Of a stretch of DNA of 64,000 nt, positions 50,324 to 61,331 are shown piece by piece. The notes beneath the pieces were generated by a model. The model did not search any database. It was not told the origin of the DNA and saw nothing but the letters and a program-made list of their open reading frames with translations. The stretch lies in the NCBI GenBank assembly GCA_963924565.1, contig OZ004610.1, forward strand, positions 806,001 through 870,000. The letters are read 5' to 3'. The DNA comes from Ascidiella aspersa (Eukaryota). The first letter of the stretch is position 1; each line of letters starts with the position of its first letter. Made by a program: the position numbers and the translations under genes.

Positions 50324-50772
50324 GTGGGTTAAGAATGAAGTTTTGAATTTTGTTAACATTGAAGCAATTTAATAAAATACAGGGAAACAAAATTTCACTT
50401 CTATTGGCATATGCCTAAAAAATGGTAGGTTTTTATTACGGTTTACTGGCCTTTTAACATCCAATTCCTAGAGTGGGTGATTATGTACCGCAAATAGCGA
50501 AAGTCGTGGCCGAAATTTATTCTCTTTTGTCTGATTTTTTGTCTGATGAATTGACGAGTTCACATTCACGTATCTTCAAATAAAATTTAATAACTGCTAC
50601 GCAATTTGATTCGCCAATTTTGATTGTAATGTAGCCACGTATTTTGGGTGTGTTTATTTAGTTTGCAAATTGATAACAGCATGCAACGTGGTAATTTCTC
50701 AATAATTCAAGTCAAAAATGTCAAAGTTGTTGGTTGTTAGCTTTCCATTAACAAATGCAATATTTATTGCAG

Positions 50773-50896
50773 ATCTTGCGAGGATGTCCCCAACGTTGCG
50801 ACTTGCAAAGAGACTTTCAACTTGTATTATTACGAAACAGACCGCGACGAGGCGTCCACCACTTTCCCCCCTTGGAGAGAGGGAGCTTATATCAAG
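50773..50896 (+). CDS. Eph: Eph gene 2 exon 4: SCEDVPNVATCKETFNLYYYETDRDEASTTFPPWREGAYIK
   Basis: ttgcag| acceptor, |gttcgt donor; CKETFNLYYYE motif. Confidence 0.95.
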
Positions 50897-53800
50897 GTTC
50901 GTCAAAACGGTTTAAACAACCAACAAGGCATAATGCAGAAAAACTTAGAATGTCTGGTAATATTTGGAAATGTGAAATAAACGCACCTACTTTAAAGTTT
51001 CGTGGAATTATCAAACTAAACGTGGCTATATGTGAAGATGATTAATATTATGCATTACTTGCCTGTATTTGCCTCATGCATAAATATGACTGTCGTGGAA
51101 AAGTGTAAAGTACGACAACGCAAAAAGCCGAAAATTAAAAGACTGTTGCAAAGTTTAGAAAGACAAACGCAGCAATTATTCCACACCAGTCCGTTGCATG
51201 TTTTTCAGTTACAGTTAGCGCTGTACATATGATACAAACGTTATTTTTTTAATTAAGTTGGCTTTAAAAGAATGTGACATATTCACCCAGTGTAGCCTTT
51301 TGAAAAGCTAATTAAAATTTTCAAGAAACATTACACGAAATTAATTGTAATGAATATGGCTCTAGCAGAAAAGCAAATTAAAAAGCGCATTAGCCTTAAC
51401 GCAGGTTTACTTTAAGAATAAAAAATATCCACGTTGTTGTTTGTTTCTCCACCACACCAGCGCACACTGTTTTTAATATTAGTAAAGATACTCGAACAGA
51501 TCATCGCTTAAACTTCTTGTTTGATTTATTTGAAAATTTCTACTGAGTGGCTAATAACTAAACAATGCGTGGAGGAATTCAAAGTTAATCTTGTTGCTAA
51601 AACAAGTTAATGGTTGCACACTCGGGTTGTTTTAGCCTATATAAACAATTCGTGCATAAATCGTTCGCGTTTACAAAATACCGCCTTTTAAATATATATG
51701 TCTACCACTCTTGTGGGTACTGTGTTATTAATGGGGCTAATAAGCAGAGGCTTAGAGTAGGAAGCCATCTTAGAACTAGTAAAAAAACAAGATTTGATTA
51801 ATCGCGTAAGGAAATATTTCTTTTAATTTGATTATTGTAGGCCAAACTGTGCTTACCTGCCAATATTACAAAAACAGGCGTAAACGTTAATACAAAACTG
51901 TATTTTATTAATGAGCTGATTAATGAGCTAAGGCCGCGGGTTTTGAGGATTTCTGTTCGTGGTTTACGAACCATATAAGGCTTGAAAACTTTAGTGTGAA
52001 CGTGTTGGTTCTTTGCCCAACCGAGCATTTAATGCGACGGCTTACTAATAGGATTAGCAGGTCGCTGAACAAAGTGTCTGCGCAGTTGTTCAAATACGGG
52101 CTGGTGACAAGCAGAATATCGATCTTTAAGCCAACTTGTGGCTTGAAACAGGCTGCTGTTGTCAATACCAGGCCTCCATGTCCGCTGGTTTCGTGTTTCT
52201 ACTGGTATTTGGCGTTTAAGAAATGTTAAAAGGTCTTTCGTTCGGCGAATATTTTACATGCGCCAGCTTGCATATATGGTTTGAATCAAATATTTTATAT
52301 TATTTTTTCACAAGTTTAGAAGCTGGTTAACATTTTTTCTCTTTTTGTTGTATCTATAATTACAGTGATGAAGTTTATCAAATCATTTTATGTTCCTTAA
52401 GATAAAAACGTTTACCCCAGCTATCAACTAATTAATTATCTGGCATAATAGAGAAATGGTCAACGAACATAATACATGATGTAAACCTACCCTAGGAATA
52501 AGCTCTAATAAAATATAGTGACAATTATTTCGTAAATTTTAATATTTTGTTTATTGAAATTATTGTTTTTTTAGTTGCACGTAATACTTGGATACAGAGT
52601 TTCCGAAAGGCTCTTATCTTTATGAAATCTTAAACCTTCTTGCTCGCGCCCCTCATTGAGGTTTTGACCCAAGATTAGAAAAAGGCCGCTTTACTAGAAG
52701 CCAAACCACAAAGTAGAGTTGGGGCTTAACTGTTGCTTCACAGCACACTTCTATCGCCAGTTGTAGTTCACTTAACCGCAACTTAACCCTGTAATCAAGA
52801 CATATGGAAGCTTCTGGCAGCCTTATCTTCCAGCCATTGTACGGTTACTGATTTATAGACTTACTAATCCTCAGCACCATCAGCCTTTTGTGATCTGAAA
52901 CGCCTTCAGTGATCAACCTTTTTACTAAGCCAGTTCATCTGCACACACCTTTGTCATTACTTCGTTTCTACGCTTTGCACAGATTGGATTTAATTCGGTA
53001 CTGACATGTTCTTTAATGTGAAGTGTAGACCATTAGTTAGAACGGGTTCTAAAAGGTTTTGGGTTGTAAAGGTTGATTTCGATACGATCTGGTGGATTAA
53101 TTGTATTCTGTCGTCAAGATAGACGAATGGGAAACACTTCGCATAGGTTTCTGCCAAATACTTAAACTTGAAAGAAGCTAGGTATATTGAGTTTTGAAAT
53201 TTTTTAAGCTTTTTTACGTTTTTGTTTGATAAACTATTGTTAAAAATTGCGGGTATTCACAAAAATGAAATCAGAAAGGGTGACACAACTATTTAATTGT
53301 AGTTCGTTTTCATCTCACACTAAGCCGTTTGGCAAATTTGAAGCATTTTTAAAATATGAGCCTTTGACCATTTTTTTTTTGACCTTCTAATGTGTTAGGA
53401 TTCAACTTTTGTTTCAATTTTTTTTGTCAGTAGGCCACTTTAAAACCCATTTTTTTATGAAAGCCATCTAGTTTTTTTATTTCCACCCACCAACACAAAT
53501 ATCCACACATAAACCGTGGAATGCGGATATATGTGCTTATCAAGTTGCAAGTTGCATTCAAGCCCCCTCCCATTTGACACAAAAACAAAATAAAATGAAT
53601 TTCAATTTACGGTTAAGTTTTCCGCCGGTATAAAAACTCCTCTCTTAAATGTCACCCTCTATCCACTACCGGTTTAAAGACTTTAAAAGACATTTTTGTT
53701 GTGATAAAATTAGAAGCAACGGTGTAAAATGTTTTATTTGTTGCCATAAGGAATTCTTGCAAACAGAAATTCATCTTTTACGACGTGAATTTTTAATTAT

Positions 53801-54354
53801 AAAATAGCCAAGTCAAACCTTGTGGAAGTTATTGCGTCGAAAGTTTGCTTCTCTAGCACAATTGCTCAGCATTTCTATTTGCGATAGAAGAAACATATAG
53901 CAAGCTACATTTTATAGTTGCGTGAAATTAACGTTTATAGGCCACATAAAAACAACAGTTTCCAAGTTTTGCATTAAGTCAATACAGCACTGAAAGGTTC
54001 TCTCCTATCTATACAAGCTTGATTCAAAGTGAAGCGGTTGTATTTCACCGTCGTATCGATTTTCCTTCTTGATGTGAAATCAAATCCACTTGTTTGACTT
54101 CCTGCATTTAAGAATTTGTCATGATAGATTTACCGTCACCTCTGCTCTATCGATTCGCGCAAATCTAATCTACAAAACGCAAAACGTTTCCATGCCTTAA
54201 ACGCCTTTACCATGAGGAATGCTGCTTGTTGTAAAATGGCAATTGCCGTCAGGAAAGCATTGTGTGATAGTTTTAACTAGCATATAAATTTGGAACTGTA
54301 CTTTTGTTACCCGCTGACCAGCCAACTATATGTAATGAAAGTGTTTGTTCTAGG

Positions 54355-54805
54355 CAGACTTGGACAACTAGATAATTCTAGTTTTCTAATTCATTGAATT
54401 AGAGCAAAATTCGGCTAATTCTAGTTTTAATCTAATTTGGATTGTACCAAAAATGCTACTTTGTCCAACGGCTTTTTTAGTCTCTCAATTCAAACACAGA
54501 ATTTCAATTAAAATTTTCTGGTTGGAACGACTTGCATGTCATTTTTACAGGCTAAAAAGCATAAAAATGCATATAAATTAGCACACACATATTTACCATT
54601 CACGTTCTTATAAGAATAAATTGTGATTAAATTAAATTGGTTGTAAAAACTAAACGTGATTCTAGTTCAAATTCTAGTTGAAATTAGATTTCTTTAGGAG
54701 TTCGGTAATTCTAATTTCAATCTAATTTGAGAAAACTCAAAATGCTCTAATTCTAATTCTGATCTAATTTTAAAAAGCTAAAATAAATCTAGTTGTCCAA
54801 TTCTG
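54355..54805. mobile_element. hAT-superfamily MITE (451 bp)
   Basis: TIRs CAGACTTGGACAACTAGAT and ATCTAGTTGTCCAATTCTG (18/19 match). Perfect 8-bp TSD GTTCTAGG at 54347-54354 and 54806-54813. Many subterminal TCTAATT/TCTAGTT repeats. Confidence 0.9.
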
Positions 54806-55236
54806 GTTCTAGGTTTAATACACTTAACCTGCCTGATGATTAAAACCTGTATTTTCACGTTTATACAGAAAAGCGCCCTGTGCAGTTCCATATATGGTTC
54901 CACGTATGCGTATATTTAATAGTAAAATCCATGCGGCCTTAATTTAAGAAAACAGATCGTTTTCCACTCAAACTTACTTTACTTCTGTCTAAGCAATTTT
55001 TTTCCATATTGTGTTAATTTGTTGCACTTTAGCCCTGTTATATTTTGCGTGTAGCGTTATACACTTGGTTAAGTTATTTTATTCTAAAAACAGACAAACC
55101 TCAACGTAGCCCAATTTAGCCATACTTTATAAATAAATGATGTGCGGTTTATTAAATTTTTAAATTGCTACATCCGGCTTAAAGCAATTTCCAAATCGTT
55201 CCCGAATTTAATAAATACCCTGTTATTTTCACACAG

Positions 55237-55347
55237 GTTGACACTATAGCGGCCGACCAGCGGTTCCGTCCCGGTTCAGTGGACACCAACTTTGAAACCA
55301 GGGACATTGGACCAATTACGAAGAAGGGATTGTACCTGGCAGTTCAG
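55237..55347 (+). CDS. Eph: Eph gene 2 exon 5: VDTIAADQRFRPGSVDTNFETRDIGPITKKGLYLAVQ
   Basis: acacag| acceptor, |gtgaaa donor; 111 nt like gene 1 exon 5. Confidence 0.95.
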
Positions 55348-56976
55348 GTGAAAAAAATGACGCTTACAAAAATTTTAACATTTTACTTTTTTTTCATTTT
55401 ATGCGTCCACAAAGCGTAATTCGTTTTAATAAAGGTGGAAATAAAGCTTTGTTGTACCAGTTCAGGTGAGGAAGATCACGTTTTAACAAAGAACTTTTTT
55501 TTCATTTTATGCGTTCACAAAAGGGTCTCTTATAGGGGTGGAAATAGCTGTTTTTATCGTACTCTGTCGCTTGCATTTGATACTAACACTTTTTTCATAA
55601 CCCTTGCAAAACATATCTACCCAAGGGACGTTCTATTATCGTATTATGTTTCAAGCGCAGTAATTTTTTAGAAGAAACCATCTAGGCATAAAAATTGAAA
55701 CAATTCAAAACATTTTGATGTAACTTATACGAGTTTTGCAAATTTCATTCTATTTTACATGCAAATAAAACAATTCATTGATTTGATGGAATTTCAATTA
55801 AACCTATGTTATTTAACTTTTTTAAATGGCGGTCATGGTTTAATGTTGTCACGAAACTTCGAATAAATAACTATTCGCATGTAAAAGTTATAAAACCATC
55901 GAATACATCCAAACTCTAAAGCTCAGTAGTATGGACTTTTGGTAATCCATCTACATTACCTAGCGTTAAGTAAACCCATGAAGTGAAAACCCAAGTGAAG
56001 TGTGCTTATCTTCAGCAAATACACTTTCATCGCGCCCCTGACTTTGTTTGCTGAACAAGCAAAATGTGCCTGAAATGTCGCGCCATATTTCCTCCCATCT
56101 TAGTTGGCCAACTTACACGGCCAGTTTAAAAGCGGCCGGCTCTTGCTTTCAATTTATTTTGCGTGAGAAAAGCCGAAAAATGGCTAAAAAAGCAAGGATA
56201 TGTGTTTAGCTGCGTAATCAAGCAATCATATTTATTTTTTTTATGTAAAATGCAAAGTTTGTTGTAAAATCTAAGTAACGGAACCGATTAAAACAAGCGG
56301 TCATATAATTTCACTGCTGTTAAATCGTCTTTATAGCTGTTGCAAAGAAAGAGCACAAAAACAAAAAAAATCAAACTTTAAAAAGAACCCAAAACAGGCC
56401 GCATTACACAGCCTATAGATTAAACACACTTGAGGCGCGAAACTTTCATTTTAAATGTAAACAATGGCTCGACCAATCAGACACGATTCTTTCACACGTT
56501 GAGGTGTTAGGAATGGATTTGCGATGAAACCGGAGACGAGTTGACCACAATCTGTCAACCTACACAACATGGAACGTGCATTGCTTGGGGCTGCTTTGGG
56601 GTTCTTTGTCTCGTTTAATTGTAGCCAAAACAAAACTAATGCTCCTGGGTAAAAATAAGATTTTATTGTATTTTTGTCACTTCTAAAGCGAGGCCTATCT
56701 TTATATATTACATACAAATAACACCAAAACATATTGCAATTTTGATTAAACATCTATAGTGCGAAAATCGTGAACTATTTTTCGGTGAATTGGCGAAACA
56801 AAAAATAAAATATAGAAAGTAAAAATGCCATTGCAAGCTTCGTATCCTGCATGTGGGATTTAAGCTAAAGTCATTATGGCACGCTGTTTTTATAGATTTA
56901 ACAGCAAAAATAAGTTTTTGTTTCATTATTTTGACGCAACCGACCCGTAAAATACTTTACTACTTCGATCCTCTAG

Positions 56977-57135
56977 GACACGGGAGCTTGTGTGGCGATC
57001 ATGCACATCCGGGTCTACTACAAATACTGCCCCGAGTCTATCAGCAACCTCGCCTCGTTCGGGAGGACCAACGCTGGACCGGAAATGACGTCACTGGAAG
57101 AATCGACCGGAACTTGCGTAGCTAACGCGTCACCG
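56977..57135 (+). CDS. Eph: Eph gene 2 exon 6: DTGACVAIMHIRVYYKYCPES...GPEMTSLEESTGTCVANASP
   Basis: ctctag| acceptor, |gtaagt donor (phase 0). Confidence 0.95.
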
Positions 57136-57555
57136 GTAAGTTTCATGTTTGAGAAAAATTGTAATTTTCTAAAATTTCATATCTCTTTTTAATTGTTAAA
57201 AATGAAATTTTACGGGAAATATTTTTTACATAAGCTTGATACCGAAAAACGCTCAATGCTAAGACTCGGTTGTTATAGAGAATCAACGAAAGACTTTCAA
57301 TTTTAAAGTAAAATTTTTAAACAACCCTTACCTTTTGCGAATCAATATCGTCATATCGAAGTTTTGAAAGGCCTATTTATATATATTTGCCTAATTTTTT
57401 TTAAACAGCATTAAATTAGAATTACTGTTTTAAAATGTGAAACTATAAAGTTCGTAGCCACGAATGTGCAAAACGTATAAACTAAAAATTATAGGAATAT
57501 TACCAAGACTCCCAAACCACTTAAATCGGAACATTAACCAAACAAACTTTCACAG

Positions 57556-57673
57556 ACCTCTAGTATAACGCCCACCTTCTACTGCAACGGTGAGGGAGAT
57601 TGGACGGTTCCATCTGGAATATGCGTCTGTAATGAAGGATACGAGTCAAACAAAGCTCTCTCCAAATGCTCAG
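57556..57673 (+). CDS. Eph: Eph gene 2 exon 7: TSSITPTFYCNGEGDWTVPSGICVCNEGYESNKALSKCS
   Basis: cacag| acceptor, G|gtaagg donor; CNGEG.W.VP sushi motif. Confidence 0.93.
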
Positions 57674-59471
57674 GTAAGGACACTAGTGTTACCAGAATAA
57701 TATTTTTTGACAGGGTGTAAATAGCAAATAAATGTGATAAGCGAAGTAGCAACACAGAAATGTTACCGCTTTTCCAAAGACGTTAAACTTTGGTGGATTG
57801 TTGTAAAAAGGTGTTTTACGGTTGGATATACTGTAAAAAAATTCTGAGAACAGATTCAAAATATTACCGCTGTTCTAAAAACGTTAAACTTATATGATTC
57901 ATGTTGACAAATTTGATTCTTGGAACATTTTTTTTTTTCGGATTGTTCATTTGGTCAGTTGACTCTTGCTTTTTGAAAATATAGTTTTTTTAACTAAATA
58001 AATTAGTGTTTAACTGCTTACATACTGCAAAAAAAAACATGTTATTTAATTCAAATGAAAAATCCACTAATTGAAAACTCGTGATCAAGCAGCACCAATA
58101 CACTATTACAAAATTGAATATAAGTCCGACATTTTGTTCATCTCTTCCTCTTAAACTTGAAGATAAATGGATTCCGCCACCCAGTTATCGTTGGGAATTG
58201 TGTCACGTGCACAAGCCGATTAAAATGTTTATGCTACCGATTTCTATGGACAGAATACACACGACTTTCAACCCGCAATCGCATTAACTTGATAGCTCCA
58301 ATCAAACCCAGCTTTAAATGCCGTCTGACGCACGCTCGTAACGATCCTGTCGACAAATTACAGCGATAAACAAATGGATTTAAAACGAATTTAATGACTA
58401 GATACTTATTTCATTTTTCGCAGAATTATTTCTAACAAACCTTAAATAGGTCATTAGTCTAATTTATTTTAATGCTGATTGTTGGATCATGATATATGTA
58501 TATTAAGTAAATCCTGTGCAATAAAAACTATTATTTACAAAGAATCATACAACTCAATTGCACAGAAGGAAATTTGACTAAAATGTTATGCGTAACTTTA
58601 TCGATTTTTGACACTTTTTTGGGGTAAACATTTTTTGATTTTCTATTTTGTCATACCATTCACCGCATGTAAAAAGTTAAATATTGCTGGGCTGGACTCG
58701 CTTAAACAAAGTTCTTAAATGCGACACACGACAGGCTTAGAGTTGCTTCCCATGTGCTTAAAGTAAAGTGGCGAGGTTTAGCGATAAGGCGCCTGTCCTT
58801 TGAGAATCTGCACAAAGCGAGGAGGTGATTTATCACCCAAAACACAATTAAGTCGCCTGGAAAGTAGACCTTCAACCTTCTCAATCACATCAGCAGAAAC
58901 AGTAGGAGAGATAGCGAGGTTGAACGGAGTTTGGTGCCGGACAATCTAAGTGGCCAGTTTACATTAGGCTTTTAGAGAAGTTCTTTCACCCCTCATTTAG
59001 GTTCGTTTTACGTTTTTTTTTTTTATTTAGGCCGTTTTTACGTTTTTTTTTCGGCGGCCCAACTTATTGAGCGAAGCTTTGGCGACTCAATTTTCTTCAC
59101 TAAACCACTTTAGGTTAACAAAACATAAATAAATTGAATTTAATCATTATGAGCTATGTTTTCGTATTGAATCCATCTCGAAAAGTGTTAATAAATTAAA
59201 AGGGGTGGCACACCGAAATTTGCGAAGCCCTGTTTTAGATGATGCAAATCTAAATCGGGCCATAAAAGCATAAAATCACACTAACAAGGAGGCCTAAGAG
59301 GAGATTGCAAAAGCATGCTAAGGAACCGCATTTAACAAGACCCTAGTAGCTTTACAATTGTCCTGTCGTGGCATTTCACAAGTTAAAAAGTGTAAACTGG
59401 CCAAATGAAATAGCAACCCCCCTATAAAAATAGATAAAAAAGTTTCTGTGTTTTAAGTGGGGCGTGCAAGC

Positions 59472-59494
59472 TGACCTATTGACCTCCTTGACCC
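59472..59494 (-). promoter_or_regulatory. Candidate nuclear-receptor element TGACCT-at-TGACCT-cct-TGACCC (DR2 + DR3)
   Basis: Three consensus half-sites in gene 2 intron 7. Confidence 0.4.
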
Positions 59495-60174
59495 TAACTG
59501 GGCTGAATATTTGTGTCTGGGGATTTTGGCAGATCGCCGCATCAGATTAGGAATCGCCCTTCCCTTGTTTGGCTCTGCCCGTGTTGTTGGTGAATTGGAA
59601 AGAATGCAGCAGTTAACAAGGTTGCATTTGCCTGGGAACAGTGTGACTTCGAATTTTCGAATTCGAATTTCTTTTCCGTTGCTCTATTTGTCTTTTTGTT
59701 GAAGGCGAGTTTTCTTATGGTTTTAAGTGATATAAATTACATTTATTCAAATATCTGTCCCTTATGACAACTTGTCTTTGACTGATAATGAAGAATATGT
59801 TGTTGTCACTCGAAAGATAATTTTATCGGGAAAAATGCCAGTTTTTGGACCTCACATTTTCGCCCACCTTGACAACTCGGTATTTCAGGAATTTACTTTT
59901 TATCTGCCACTTGTAACTATAGGTACGTTGATTGGCATCGCATGTTTGCGCAATCTATTAACCAATTTGCTTCTGCACAAAATTGCTTTTCAAGGCTAAG
60001 CTGATCAAATTGTCAAGAAAACCCGCCCTTTTAGACCTCAAGTCCATCGACTGACGTACATGCTAAAACTTTTGGGTTTATAAATCCAAAAGTCTAAAGT
60101 CCCAGTCTAAGCTGGTTGGCAGCCAAAACACGATCCGCCCTCCTTAATAACCGACAAAGTTTTTCATCGCTTGC

Positions 60175-60439
60175 CAGTGTTGTAATGACTTGAGTCAATG
60201 ACTCTACTTAGGTGCACTTAAGTCACTATTTTCAAGGGTCTTGACTTGAGTATTTTGGAAACTGACTTGGCTTGAAATAAAGTATTTTCATTAAACTTTT
60301 TTCATTTTAATATTGAGTTATTTGTCTTAAGTTGGGCTAGACTTGAAGTTGACATGCTTAATAATTGACTTGGACATAGACTTTTTTAAATATGATCTGA
60401 CTGGGACTTGAGTCTTCAACTGACTGGTTTACAACACTT
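60175..60439. mobile_element. Older hAT-like MITE (about 265 bp)
   Basis: TIRs CAGTGTTGTAA and TTACAACACTT (10/11 match), numerous internal GACTTG repeats, degenerate 8-bp flanks (TCGCTTGC/ACGTTTGT). Confidence 0.65.
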
Positions 60440-61229
60440 ACGTTTGTTAATCCAATCGAGGATGTGAACAGTCTCCATCGTTGTCTCGCATAAATCGCTT
60501 AATTCACTCAAAGTTTAATCAACGGTTCTTTAAACCTCGTGGTGTGGAGAAACCCCTTTACATTGGCAGCTTTCCAGTCGCTGTGGAGGCGATAAAATGC
60601 GATTAATCTTCGTTGAACGCGCAGCAATCTTCGCATTATAACGCTTAATCCTATCCTGAGCATGCAGAATTGGCGAGGACCGTAACCAGTGTACCTTAAA
60701 CCACATAATGAACCAAGATTCGAAAATGAGCAGATTTTCTCCTTTCTTGTTTAGGTTAGATGTTAGCGCTTTACAAGCTTAATGTGCCATGATGAATTTT
60801 TTCATCCAATGCTAGTTTTAAACTTGTCTGCAAGCGTACAATGTCTGTCCTTGTGTTTTTAATGGGCGGTGTAAGAGCAACCAATCATTGTCCAATCGTT
60901 ACCAACTTAACTTACACAAGCATTTCTTGCCGCCTGGAGTTGTTTACTTTAAATATCGCCTCACACATTTGGGAGAAAGTGAACTAGCACCTAAAATCGT
61001 TCGTGAATGCGGTTTAACCTTCTATCGACGACATATCGACGGAGATTAAACTACGGATGATATTCGTGGAAGCCATCCAAAGTCCAAACCAAATAAACAA
61101 ATTTAGATTATTGCTCGTTCAATTTTAAGCCGATTTTTAGATGTACTGTTAAAATTGTTTTCTCTTTTTACAATACGTGGCTTGTTTGTTGCATAAGGGC
61201 GAAGGTCAGTTAATAAAACCAAGTATGGA

Positions 61230-61331
61230 GCTGGAGGTTGTAGACAGACGTAGAAAAAATATCAAAACCCATAGAGAAGTAGGTGGCATTTTGAACGAAC
61301 GTTTTTGATAACGAGTTATTCGAAACGTTCA
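61230..61331 (-). repeat. Foldback MITE family A, left arm plus palindromic centre
   Basis: GCTGGAGGTTGTAGACAGACGTAGAAAAAATATCAAAACCCATAGAGAAGTAGG matches the reverse complement of the 20588 copy; followed by the hairpin GAACGTTTTTGATAAC-GA-GTTATTCGAAACGTTC. Confidence 0.75.
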
